Source of the DNA: Patescibacteria group bacterium
Lineage (GTDB): Bacteria > Patescibacteriota > Patescibacteriia > Patescibacteriales > JBAZCA01
Length of the DNA: 64,000 nucleotides
Assembly (NCBI GenBank): GCA_041661505.1
Contig: JBAZUF010000004.1
Coordinates: 68,861 to 132,860, forward strand
Direction: 5' to 3'
In this document: positions 43,260 to 52,980 of the stretch, in pieces
Numbering within the stretch: position 1 is the first letter of the stretch
How the letters are laid out: every line of letters begins with the position of its first letter
Translations under genes and position numbers: made by a program
Notes under the pieces: generated by a model
The model's database searches: none
What the model saw: the letters and a program-made list of their open reading frames with translations, nothing else
What the model was told of the DNA's origin: nothing

Positions 43260-44144
43260 ATGGATCTAATTTTACTAAAAAATAAAAAAGGGACCCTGGC
43301 AACCATTATCGCTCTATTTTTGATTTTTAGAATCGGCTTAAGCCTGGTCCAAACTCTGAAATACGGTTCAGAATCAAAAATTTTGGTTTACCAAAAATTC
43401 CCCGGCGGAACGGACATTTATACTATCAACCGCTCGAATGAATATCTAAGCGGAGTTTTGGCGAGCGTAATTTCGTCTGACTCGTTTTACGAGGAGGTGA
43501 AAAACGCCGGCTTTAATATTGATCTTAAATATTTTACCAAAGAAGGCGCGGGGAAAGACGAGCTGAAAAAATGGGAAAAGACAGTGGCGGCAAAATCGCT
43601 GGCTGATTCGGGAATCATGCAAGTAGATGTTTACCACCCGGACCGCTATCAAGCCGAGCAGATCTCGCGGGCGGTGAATTTCGTTCTAATAACCAAGAAT
43701 CAGAATTACCACGGCGGCGGGGATAATGTTGTTGTTAAAGTAATCGACAAGCCGGCGGTTTCCAATTGGCCGGTCAAACCGAATATCTTTTTGAATGTGG
43801 CCTTGGCATTAGTTTTCGGGCTAATCCTCGGGCTTACTTATACTTATCTTTTTCCCGAGAAGAGATACGATCTAGGTTTTTGGCCTTCCCGCCGGCCAGG
43901 CCGGGCTAAAAACAGGGAAAAAATTCAGACTTCAAAACAATATGAAAACAATTTTAATAATTTTAGCGAGCCAAAAGATAATTGGACTCCTCTTGCTAAT
44001 ATACTTGAGGCTAAAAAAGAAGGACCAAGCGATTTGGGATTTTTTGAGGAAGCTGGCCCGGAAAACATTCCTTACCCTGAAGCAGGCCAGGCAGGGTATG
44101 AAGATATTCTAACCCAGGGGAGAATGGAAAATCTAAGGAATTAA
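43260..44144 (+). CDS. Wzz/PCP-like polysaccharide chain-length determinant protein
   Basis: Two TM segments flank a domain of about 150 aa. The Pro-rich motif KPAVSNWPVKPN lies just before TM2 (IFLNVALALVFGLILGL), matching Wzz-type topology. Confidence 0.6.
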   Translation: MDLILLKNKKGTLATIIALFLIFRIGLSLVQTLKYGSESKILVYQKFPGGTDIYTINRSNEYLSGVLASVISSDSFYEEVKNAGFNIDLKYFTKEGAGKDELKKWEKTVAAKSLADSGIMQVDVYHPDRYQAEQISRAVNFVLITKNQNYHGGGDNVVVKVIDKPAVSNWPVKPNIFLNVALALVFGLILGLTYTYLFPEKRYDLGFWPSRRPGRAKNREKIQTSKQYENNFNNFSEPKDNWTPLANILEAKKEGPSDLGFFEEAGPENIPYPEAGQAGYEDILTQGRMENLRN

Positions 44145-44262
44145 CAGCTAACTTCCCGAGAAAGGCTTATTAAAGAGGAATTAAAGTTCCTCTTTTTTGC
44201 TGGCAATTGCTAGGTCTTCTTATTTTTGGTATAATTTCAGTATAAAAGCTAACATCAACTTT

Positions 44263-44568
44263 ATGGGCAACGACTCCAAAGACTTAGTAAAATACGCCGA
44301 AGAGCTAGGGAAGAAAATCGGTTTTTTAATAGCGGCTTTGAATATTCCGGATGAAGCTAAGGACGCATTTATGGAAATTATCGCTGATTTTTCGCTGGCC
44401 CAGCTTGAACGGCTAGCCGGCATACTGGAAACCCGCCTGATAAATGATGAAACCGGCCAGATTGAAGACGAGTTAAGAAAAGAGCTGGAAAAAATCCGGA
44501 GCGACTATTTTAAGGAGGAGAAAGCCTTGAATCAAGAGACCGCGGACAAACTAAAAGCGTTATTATAA
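44263..44568 (+). CDS. Small helical protein, unknown function
   Basis: ATG 44263 lies downstream of the promoter TTGCTA-17 nt-TATAAT with an extended TG (about 44202-44235). The 101-aa product is acidic and helical. It ends 19 nt before the giant ORF. Confidence 0.5.
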   Translation: MGNDSKDLVKYAEELGKKIGFLIAALNIPDEAKDAFMEIIADFSLAQLERLAGILETRLINDETGQIEDELRKELEKIRSDYFKEEKALNQETADKLKALL

Positions 44569-44587
44569 ATTATTTAACAATACTCAT

Positions 44588-47500
44588 ATGAGTTCAGGCG
44601 CAACATTCAGCCCGGAAATGCCGTTCCAGCTTAAACCGAAAAAACCGAAGGAAAATAAGCTTGAGGTAAACGCACGCCAAGAGAATGGAGTGAATATTGA
44701 AAGTAAGTCTTTTTTGTCCGGAATGTATGAAAAGGCCAAAGGAATGTATGACCGGGCTTTTGGCGCGCGCCGCGAAGAGAATTTTAACGATCCGGCGGAC
44801 ATGGAAAGCGCGGCTGGCTCAAAACCCGAAAGTCGGCTGCAAAGAATCGGAAAATTTTTAACCAAAGAGAGGGAAAACGCTATCGTAACTAAGGGCGGAA
44901 AGATCGGTTATGACACTATTGCTTCGATTGCCGGAGTAAAAGGAATTGTCGACTGGTCTTTGTATGGGTTATCCAAGCTGGGAGTTAAGACTTCCATGCG
45001 CGGCGATGTCCATAAGCATTTTACGGAGAACGCGGTGGAAAGGACTTTGCTTGGCGTTAATAACAGGGCCATTGATCTCCGTCAGCGGGCCAAGGGCAGA
45101 GGAGGATTCGGGTCATTATCAAAGGAAGAGCAAAAAGAAATAACTACGGCCGGAAAAGAGTACCGCGATACGGTTCGGGAGGTTAAAGCTAAGATTGATG
45201 ACGTAAATTTGCCTGAAGCCAAGAGATTGGAACTAAGGAAAAATCTTTTAGAAATAATGCGCGGGCATAAGTTAAAGGAAACGAGCCTGCAAAAAGGGCA
45301 AAGCGATGAATATGAAGGTGCATTGCGGAAATATACCGGACAGAAGGTAAATGCTTTCCGGCTGGGCCGGGATGCGGTTAATTCAGTCTTGACTTGCACG
45401 GGATTTTTTATGCTAAGAGGGATTACATATGGCGCTTTCGCGGCCTTAGACCGGGGAAAATCGGAATGGGATAAATATTCAAGATCAGCCTTTAAAAAAA
45501 AGCAGGAGAGCGGCGAGGATGCGGGTGACTGGAAAAGCGCTCATAACGAAGTATCGGCCGAAAAATTCAGGGAAGTGTTAAAAGGTACAACGGTTACGGC
45601 GGCCCGGGAAACATATAATGAATTAAGGCATGGAAGAAAAGAAGGGAGGCTGAACCCTGAACAAATAAAGAAAAAATTGGAATTTGAAAAAGCCGAAATG
45701 GAAAAGCTGGAAGAGGCCGGCGTCGGCCAGTTCGGCAAAGCTTGGCATAAAATAAAAATGCGCTCACCGGAGATTCTAGCGAGAATGAGAGCTCTGGGAA
45801 CTCTAACAAGGGCGTTTGGCATTGGCGGAACGTCCGTTATGGCTTACGCCACCGAAGGCGCTTCATTAGTGCAGCCATACAATCATCTACTGGATAATCT
45901 TGAACATCAAGGCGTCATGGATACTGCCACCGGAAATATTGCCGGTGGCGTTGATCGGTTTATGAAGTTGTATGACCTGGAGGAATGGAAAAAGCGCGGT
46001 GAGGTTATAGGCCGCGGCGCTGATATAGCCAGCCAGAAAATGACCGGGCGAACTTTAGGCGGCAACATAGCATTTTTACAGGAATCGTTTAGAAATTCCG
46101 GTATAGCTGTTGCAGCGCCAATTTATCCTTCCTTCTTGACTCACGAAGGATTAATAAGGCATAACCGGGAGATGCTGGACAAGCTGCCGGAAGGCGATCC
46201 GCGCAGAAAAAAAATTGAAGAGCTGATAAAAGATTTGAAAGAAAGCCAGAAGGCTTCCGCACGACCAAAAACAACAGAAGCTATGAAAGAAAAAATAGAG
46301 GGCGAGCCTGAAGAAAATCCGGGCAAGGAGGAGTCTCGCGAGGCAGTAGAAACTCCAAGGGGGCCGAGAGTAAAAGCCCGGCCGGAAATGATTGAAATTG
46401 AAATAGTTTACCAGAATAACGAGCTTAAGCACCGGGAATTTTTGGATAATTTGTCGGATCAGGAAAAAGAGTATTTAAAGGCAATGAAAAAGATGGCGTC
46501 GTTAAAGACTGACGATCCGGCTTATGCCGAGGCTAAGGCGGATGCCGATAAGAAAGAAGGAATTTTTGATGAGCTGCAGAATAAAAAAGCCGAAGAAGAA
46601 AGGCTTTATATGGAGAAAAAAAGCCGGCTTAGTGAACAGCTAAAAGAAACAATATCATCAGAATGGAAGGCAAAAGGAGATGCTGAAGCGGGACAAAAAG
46701 GCGAGGCTAGGGCGGAGGGAGATATCTCTGTTGACGAAAAAGCGCGAGAATTGCAGAAGCAATGGGACAAAGCTATGGCCAAAGAGCCGGATGCAAAAAT
46801 TGAGCCCGCCCCCGAAGATAAACCATCTCATCCTGAAGAGGGTTCTCTTGAGCCGCATGAGCCGGAAGCGGTCAAAGCCGAAAAAACAGAGCCGGAAGCT
46901 TTAAAAGAAAAGGATAAGATAGAGCCAAAGGCCGAAGAGCCGAAAAAAGAAGCGGCGAAAATTGAAGAGCCCAAGGAAGGCAAGCAGATTAAGGTTGAAC
47001 AAAGCGCTCCAGCCGAGCCTCAAAGCGAGAAAAACGAAGAAATCGATAGCGCTAAAAAGATATTAATGGAAAAGGGCGCTTTAAGCGAAGAGCTGGCTAA
47101 TAAAATGGCGCGAGGCTTGGCGGATGGCAATAAAATAAAAATTTTTAACGAGATTGCCGAATTAACCAATAATAAAAAGGGTTTTGGACCCGAATTTTAT
47201 GACAATCTTGCCGAAAAGGACATTGATAAGGATTCGGTAAGCGCTTTAAAATATATTTTGGACGGAAAAAATAATATTGCCGGAGCCGGAGGAAGCAAGA
47301 AATTAAGAGAATCGATTTTAGAGAATATTAAAAAGACCGGGAATATTGAAGCCAGCATCGCGACGGTTTATAAAGGCGAAGGAATCGAGCATTCCTTGAG
47401 GCGCCAAATTGAAGCCAATCCGGAAAAATTCGGATTTGGGAAAACCCTTGATGATTTTAAAGGAAACCGGAAATTATTTACTAAAGCTGTTAGGGATTTT

Positions 47501-49078
47501 TCCGGCCGCCAGGCGCACGAGATTGCCCTAAAAGGAGGATTAACCGCGCCGGCCGGCAAGGGGAAATTAATGCAGTTTTCTGTCGCCAGGCCCGATAGCG
47601 TATCCATTGAAGTATTTTCCACGGAAGTTAAAGAAGGCAAATTGGCGGAAGCTAAAATTTTGATATCTGGCCGTTCCGTTGACGACCGAGTCGTAAGTTA
47701 CGAGCCAAAGCTAATGGCGGAAGGCGGGAAAGTCAAGGAAGCTGAAGGATTGGAAATAGATAAAAAATATATCGGCAAGAGCCTGTCTGAAGCAATGAGG
47801 GCAGAAAATTTTGGCAAGGCTAAAGTGATTGATATGGCCGCCGAGAGGGAAAAACGGGCAAAATTAGCTGAAGAGAAAAAACTTCAGGATACTAAACGCG
47901 AGGAAGGAATGAAAAAGGAAGGAGAATTGAAGAAAGCGGTTGGCGCGGAGAACATTGGACAACCGGAAGCAAAGGAAACTCAAAAAGTTCCTGCCAAGAA
48001 AGAAGCCCAAGAGATTATCGCCCAGGAAAAGAAAGAGGATCCCGGTAATCGCGGCAAGGTTAGAGAAACTCTTGAGCGAGTAGCGGAAACCACTGCCGTC
48101 CAACCCCCGGAAACCGGGAAAAAACCGAGCGAAGTCCAGATGAAAGTTAATGAGCACGCGGTAATAAAGCATTTTGATATCAACCCGGCCGACTATAATA
48201 AGATTAAAGACATAACGGCGGCTGAATTCGCCGAGCTCATAAACCAGCGGGACGCCGGAGTGAAAGTGAAAATTCCCTATAACGGCTGGTGGTATGGCAA
48301 GAAAGAAAAAGCCGCGCACGGACATTTAAGGGACTATATAATGAAGTACAAGGCGGAAACGAGCGATATGACGGTGGAGCAGGTTTTAAAAACTTACGGA
48401 ATCAGCCAAGGCGGGGCCGGAACTAGACCCGAGCGGGGCAAGGCTTTGCGGGCAGGGGCGGAAGCCGTAAGAGGCATGCCTTTGACCGAGAAAGAAGGCG
48501 CGGATTTATATAAAAGGCAAAGCGAGCGCCAGGCTTCGCAAGAAGCCGGAGAAATCCGTCCGCCAAAGCCAGGCCCGGGAGAAACGGAAGGCAAGAAAAC
48601 CGGAGCGCAAAGAGAATCAATAGTGCCTAAGTCAAAAGATTGGGGGGGCGATAGGGAAGATAAAGGCGGAATTCCGAATACTGGATCAAAAGGGAAAACT
48701 AAAAGCCTGCTAAAAGAATTAGTTGAGAGAGCCTCGGGAATTGAGAAAACCGAAACTCCGGCTTTGAATCTATCTCCGCAAAAATTGCATATGCTTGATG
48801 AGATTGTGTCCGGCAGAGCAAAAGAAAATGAAAAAGTGATGAATATAAAAAAGGCGATTGAGGCTGGCAGTTTGACCGGAAAAGATTTTGCTGAATTTTG
48901 CGTTTCAAAGTTTTCCGAAGAAAACGCGAATAATAAAGAAATTCTTAGAAATAACGTAAAAATGTATTTAGATATGCTATGCGACCCGGCAATCGCGGAA
49001 AAGACAACGAAAAAATCGAGGTCTGAAGCAATTAGATATATTAAGAACGTCATTTTGGCTGTTCAGGAAAGCAAGTAG
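44588..49078 (+). CDS. Giant (1496 aa) Lys/Glu-rich protein with N-terminal hydrophobic segments, unknown function
   Basis: A single uninterrupted ORF. Hydrophobic segments lie near residues 100-130, 270-290 and 400-420. It has long charged low-complexity tracts (EPK/KE-rich, residues ~560-830). No catalytic motif recognised. Confidence 0.8.
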   Translation: MSSGATFSPEMPFQLKPKKPKENKLEVNARQENGVNIESKSFLSGMYEKAKGMYDRAFGARREENFNDPADMESAAGSKPESRLQRIGKFLTKERENAIVTKGGKIGYDTIASIAGVKGIVDWSLYGLSKLGVKTSMRGDVHKHFTENAVERTLLGVNNRAIDLRQRAKGRGGFGSLSKEEQKEITTAGKEYRDTVREVKAKIDDVNLPEAKRLELRKNLLEIMRGHKLKETSLQKGQSDEYEGALRKYTGQKVNAFRLGRDAVNSVLTCTGFFMLRGITYGAFAALDRGKSEWDKYSRSAFKKKQESGEDAGDWKSAHNEVSAEKFREVLKGTTVTAARETYNELRHGRKEGRLNPEQIKKKLEFEKAEMEKLEEAGVGQFGKAWHKIKMRSPEILARMRALGTLTRAFGIGGTSVMAYATEGASLVQPYNHLLDNLEHQGVMDTATGNIAGGVDRFMKLYDLEEWKKRGEVIGRGADIASQKMTGRTLGGNIAFLQESFRNSGIAVAAPIYPSFLTHEGLIRHNREMLDKLPEGDPRRKKIEELIKDLKESQKASARPKTTEAMKEKIEGEPEENPGKEESREAVETPRGPRVKARPEMIEIEIVYQNNELKHREFLDNLSDQEKEYLKAMKKMASLKTDDPAYAEAKADADKKEGIFDELQNKKAEEERLYMEKKSRLSEQLKETISSEWKAKGDAEAGQKGEARAEGDISVDEKARELQKQWDKAMAKEPDAKIEPAPEDKPSHPEEGSLEPHEPEAVKAEKTEPEALKEKDKIEPKAEEPKKEAAKIEEPKEGKQIKVEQSAPAEPQSEKNEEIDSAKKILMEKGALSEELANKMARGLADGNKIKIFNEIAELTNNKKGFGPEFYDNLAEKDIDKDSVSALKYILDGKNNIAGAGGSKKLRESILENIKKTGNIEASIATVYKGEGIEHSLRRQIEANPEKFGFGKTLDDFKGNRKLFTKAVRDFSGRQAHEIALKGGLTAPAGKGKLMQFSVARPDSVSIEVFSTEVKEGKLAEAKILISGRSVDDRVVSYEPKLMAEGGKVKEAEGLEIDKKYIGKSLSEAMRAENFGKAKVIDMAAEREKRAKLAEEKKLQDTKREEGMKKEGELKKAVGAENIGQPEAKETQKVPAKKEAQEIIAQEKKEDPGNRGKVRETLERVAETTAVQPPETGKKPSEVQMKVNEHAVIKHFDINPADYNKIKDITAAEFAELINQRDAGVKVKIPYNGWWYGKKEKAAHGHLRDYIMKYKAETSDMTVEQVLKTYGISQGGAGTRPERGKALRAGAEAVRGMPLTEKEGADLYKRQSERQASQEAGEIRPPKPGPGETEGKKTGAQRESIVPKSKDWGGDREDKGGIPNTGSKGKTKSLLKELVERASGIEKTETPALNLSPQKLHMLDEIVSGRAKENEKVMNIKKAIEAGSLTGKDFAEFCVSKFSEENANNKEILRNNVKMYLDMLCDPAIAEKTTKKSRSEAIRYIKNVILAVQESK

Positions 49079-49100
49079 GGTAAAAAATCAAGAGTTTAAA

Positions 49101-49131
49101 GAATCCGTAGTATTTTTACGGGTTCTTTTTT
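49101..49131 (+). terminator. Intrinsic terminator after the giant ORF
   Basis: gaatccgta-gtatttt-tacgggttc (one G-T pair) followed by TTTTTT. Confidence 0.65.
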
Positions 49132-49532
49132 ATTTAAGAAAAAAAAGTTGAGCTCTTAAATCAGCGGAAGAGATTGGAATTTATGTGAAAATTAATTTAA
49201 TATTAGCCAAATTATTAAAATGAGCTTAGTATTGACGTATAGCCGAAAATATGCTAAGGTTTCGAGTTAAAATTGCGCGCATTATGTACATATGGTTTAT
49301 CCCGAAATTCAATAAAAATCCACCAAATACGGTTAAAATTTAGCCAAATTTTTTCTTTTTTTGCTTTTGCGTTTTTACGAACTCAAAAGTAAAGGGGGAA
49401 CTTGTCCTTTGACAATATTGTATAGTAAATTAACCGTCGGAAATTTCACTTCCGCAAAGGGCGGAGTGATAGCCCGCAGAGTTCGGGTTCCGGCATCTGA
49501 TCCAGGTAGCGTTCCGGGAGAAAGGCTAGAAA

Positions 49533-50969
49533 ATGAAAAAGTTTCTATCGTTGGCTATGGCGATTCCGTTCGTCGCGGTTCTTGGCGGCTTGAGCGGAAT
49601 TTTACCCACCCTTTGGTGGGAAAAACATCGGCCAGAAGTAGTGGCCGGCTACCTCGTCATCGTAGTAATCGGCCTGATATTCTTGCAGTGCCGAAAAATT
49701 AAACCTCTTAAACCAAAACCGGCTTTCCCGCGCATGGCGGTCATTACTTTCGAGATTAATGGCCCGGGTGGATGCGACGAGGTCGAGGTTTGGGTGATTA
49801 GGCTGACCGAGGTTTCTCTCGGGAGATTCTTATCTCCATTACCACCGAACGAAGAGCCCAAGTCGGGGAAGGAAGTAGTAAAAGAACTTCGGCGCGGGAT
49901 GAGGAAATACTGGGCGGGAGAAAAAAATTCACTCACCAAGAAGACGAAGGGACTTTTGAGGAAAAAAGTCCTCGAGAGGAAAGGGACAAGATCTTCTGTC
50001 CCGGCTGAATATAGGAAAATCAATACTGTCAACATTTGCGCCGCAACGCGGTTGGCGGCGATTTTGACGCTTGTTGTTTTTGTTGCGTCAGCCTGCGGGC
50101 CGACTCCGATGAATCTGTCGGATATGTACAAGGTGCCGATGCCCGAGGGCCTGCCACAGGCTTCCATCCTCGTCACTTACGTTGCGAATCCTAGTATGGC
50201 AATAGCTGATAGTGATAAAAAAGGAAAAGCTATCGGCTGGCCTGGAATTCTTGTAGCTCCGGACGGTTCATACACCGAAGAGCCCGGCCTCCTTCGAGAG
50301 ATAGGTGGGGTGCCGCACTTTGTTTATATGCTTCCTTACGACCTTGCGTCAAAAAGGGAGTATAGATTCTTCGTCGCTGACCATGCGATGAAGAGATTGG
50401 CAAATCACGCTGGCGAAATCCTCCCGTTAAGGACAAATATGTCCGGCAGAAAATTGGACATAAAAAAGTACGGGGATTTTCTCCCAACGCTTGGCGTCCT
50501 GGAAAGCCAGGAATTCGTAGCCGCCCTGGAAAAGGGAACCCAGCTTTTCGAAGGGCTTAATCAGCTTATTGAGAAGATGGGAATCCATAAGGTGGCGGAT
50601 TTGAAATATGCACGAGGCCGCTACGGAGTGATTGGTTCCAATCTTACCCCCGAGATGCTCGAACAGGTGGCTAAAGACGATAAGATCGTCAGCCGTCTCA
50701 AAAAGTACCTGGGGAAAGATTGGCAGATATTCTTCACCATTCCGGTGACTTCGTCGACCGGCTTGGGCGGGATGATCCTGTTCTCCAAGCTGATGAAGGC
50801 GCCTGGAGATTTGTTCTCGGTCGATACGAATCGGCCGGGATACATGGATGCCAAGGCATCCCGGGAAGATGTGTATTACATCGTAGTCAACATCCTCAAA
50901 AAGCTTGGCGTTGATCCGAATAATAAGGCTCTTTGGGATCACATGATGAAAGATCTCGAAAGCTATTAG
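49533..50969 (+). CDS. Membrane protein (three hydrophobic segments, internal lipobox-like VASAC), unknown function; GC-rich island gene 1
   Basis: 478 aa with GGAGAAAGG upstream of the ATG. Two N-terminal TM segments, a third at residues ~172-190 ending in ...FVASACG, then a soluble domain of about 290 aa. Confidence 0.65.
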   Translation: MKKFLSLAMAIPFVAVLGGLSGILPTLWWEKHRPEVVAGYLVIVVIGLIFLQCRKIKPLKPKPAFPRMAVITFEINGPGGCDEVEVWVIRLTEVSLGRFLSPLPPNEEPKSGKEVVKELRRGMRKYWAGEKNSLTKKTKGLLRKKVLERKGTRSSVPAEYRKINTVNICAATRLAAILTLVVFVASACGPTPMNLSDMYKVPMPEGLPQASILVTYVANPSMAIADSDKKGKAIGWPGILVAPDGSYTEEPGLLREIGGVPHFVYMLPYDLASKREYRFFVADHAMKRLANHAGEILPLRTNMSGRKLDIKKYGDFLPTLGVLESQEFVAALEKGTQLFEGLNQLIEKMGIHKVADLKYARGRYGVIGSNLTPEMLEQVAKDDKIVSRLKKYLGKDWQIFFTIPVTSSTGLGGMILFSKLMKAPGDLFSVDTNRPGYMDAKASREDVYYIVVNILKKLGVDPNNKALWDHMMKDLESY

Positions 50970-50984
50970 TATTAGGAGGAGATT

Positions 50985-52523
50985 GTGAACAAAAAGTTTT
51001 TCTGTCTGGTAATCGCTGTCGGGCTCGCCTTCATAGGTTTGAGCCTGACGACTACAGTCGCTTTGGCGGCTTCAACCCTCCCCGATATCGTAGTAAAAAC
51101 CGAAATCGGGGAAATCACGTTTGAACCTTGGGAGAGGATTAGCGACCGCGCCGTTCAACTCGGCCGGAAGCTTGGCCAAGAACTCTCCAAGCGGGATAAG
51201 GCCGAACTTTCTGTCGTCGGCACAACCGCTGATGAAATGAAGGAGCTTGAGGTTTTGGCGGGAGATTACTCCCGGTCAAAAAGCTATGCTCCTGGGTGCG
51301 CCGAAGGAAGTCTTGTCCGAGGCGACCTTGTTGCGACGGTTATGAAGCGCGGTGGAAAACTCACCCGGGTTTACAAATATGTAGCCTGGGACGAAACCGA
51401 GAAAGGGGTTGAGTTTACTCTTTCAACCGGCGTCAAGTTCGTGTTTCCGCGATGCGGAAACTGGACTCGCCGGGTAGGAAGAATTCCCGAGCCGCCGCCT
51501 CCAGTCGAGCCGCCACCGCCTCCTCCGCCAGAAAGCGTCCGGACGCCCGAAGCCGCCCGCGCAAGAATCAAGGCGGGTTTTGAGAAAGACACCGCTGCTT
51601 ACGTCGGTTATATATTCTCGGAAAAGGGGCACGCCACGCTGTATTGGGGTGCGAATTTTACCCTATACACCCCCCGCCGAGAAATAGGGAGCGGAGCCGC
51701 CACGATACAGGGTGGCGTTCGTTTCTCCTACGGTGGATGGAGCGGTACCCCGGGAAGCATCTACCCGAAGTTGAAAGACGCCAAATACGGCGGATATCAA
51801 CTGGCGACCCAGGGCGGCGGACGGCTTATTAACGGGCCGGACAACGTCCAGGTTTTCGGGGGATACGCGCGGAGGGATGATTCCTTCAGCGCTAAGCAAG
51901 TCGACGGGCGGTCAGAAAGTAGCCAGACCGCCGGACAGATTTCCTTGTTCTCGAGCGCCGACCTGCGGACTCCGAGACTGGGGCCGATAAAACGCATTGA
52001 GGCTTACCTCCAGGGGAACCTTGAACTCTCTCGGGAAGTCAAGGCAACCTGGAATGGGAAAAAAGTTGATGACGCCACCGGATTTGAAACAACGAATATC
52101 GGCGGCGGAATCGACGCTACCCTGTACGAAGGGAAAAAGATTGACGCCGGCGTTGGAGTTCATGGCTCGCATGACTTTAACGACGATGACACAACGGGGC
52201 TTGAATTACGGCTTTTTGGGTCGACCAAGAATCGGGCCATAAAGCTGGGCGCAGGAGCGGGCTATGCCTGGAGCAAGCCAGGCAACGGTCCATTCGGCAA
52301 TCTTATAGCGTCAAGCGACCTGGATCCGATCACTGATTGGTTATGGGATCGTTTGACAGGGGCCGCAAAACCTGCGCCAAAAAATCCGGTCGCGCCCGCG
52401 GTCGAGGTTGCGCCGACAACGCCTGATTCTGTCGTTGCCGCTCCTCCCGTAGCTCCTGTTTCTGTTTCCGCCCCATCGGAACCGGTTTTCACTGGAATGT
52501 CGAGTCACCGGGCGGATCCGTGA
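50985..52523 (+). CDS. Secreted protein: N-terminal domain, poly-Pro linker, beta-rich Gly/aromatic domain, Pro/Ala-rich tail; GC-rich island gene 2
   Basis: Signal peptide MNKKFFCLVIAVGLAFIGLSLTTTVALA, linker PEPPPPVEPPPPPPPE, then about 11 amphipathic strand-like segments (AYVGYIFS, TLYWGANFTLYT, GGVRFSYGGW, VQVFGGYARR, LELRLFGS, IKLGAGAGYAW...). Confidence 0.7.
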   Translation: MNKKFFCLVIAVGLAFIGLSLTTTVALAASTLPDIVVKTEIGEITFEPWERISDRAVQLGRKLGQELSKRDKAELSVVGTTADEMKELEVLAGDYSRSKSYAPGCAEGSLVRGDLVATVMKRGGKLTRVYKYVAWDETEKGVEFTLSTGVKFVFPRCGNWTRRVGRIPEPPPPVEPPPPPPPESVRTPEAARARIKAGFEKDTAAYVGYIFSEKGHATLYWGANFTLYTPRREIGSGAATIQGGVRFSYGGWSGTPGSIYPKLKDAKYGGYQLATQGGGRLINGPDNVQVFGGYARRDDSFSAKQVDGRSESSQTAGQISLFSSADLRTPRLGPIKRIEAYLQGNLELSREVKATWNGKKVDDATGFETTNIGGGIDATLYEGKKIDAGVGVHGSHDFNDDDTTGLELRLFGSTKNRAIKLGAGAGYAWSKPGNGPFGNLIASSDLDPITDWLWDRLTGAAKPAPKNPVAPAVEVAPTTPDSVVAAPPVAPVSVSAPSEPVFTGMSSHRADP

Positions 52524-52643
52524 GACTGCTGACACGTTCTTTATTTACGCTTGATTTTCTTTAGGCTTTCTGTTATTGTAGAGAGTCCTGAAATTCAGCG
52601 CTAAAACGCGCAAGGAAAATTAGGCGTATTCCTACATTTCAAC

Positions 52644-52679
52644 CAGGCGAACTAAAATCTTCGGATTTTAGTTCGCCTG
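52644..52679 (+). terminator. Perfect 16-bp hairpin with TTCG loop (probable terminator or stability element)
   Basis: caggcgaactaaaatc-ttcg-gattttagttcgcctg. A T-run (tattttttg) begins 9 nt downstream. Confidence 0.5.
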
Positions 52680-52980
52680 TCAATATATTTTTTGCAACGC
52701 TTAGCCTATGGAAGATAATGCCATTTCAAGAATTATGGCTGAACTTAATGGAAAATTAAGAATTTCAAAAGAGAATGAGATTGGATAGGATAATATCCAA
52801 TGCCATGCTCTTTGGAAAAATATACCAGAAAACCCGGTCAAACTGGCATTCAGATATTTATATGGAAAAATTTTTCATCTAAATACCTGAATGTCAGGGC
52901 GGTGGGAAGGCCTAGCGGGTCTTTTCTCCCGCCAGGCACTTCCATTTTTTTCACTCTTTTCTCTTTATTGGAGGAATCTC

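Noticed and set aside
49361-49702. 113-aa ORF and possible riboswitch in the GC-rich leader of island gene 1
   Set aside because: The ORF has no RBS and overlaps the better-supported 49533 start. The leader has hairpins (cggaa-atttcac-ttccg) and a CCGCAAAGG segment, but I could not match it to GEMM or any other riboswitch consensus from memory.
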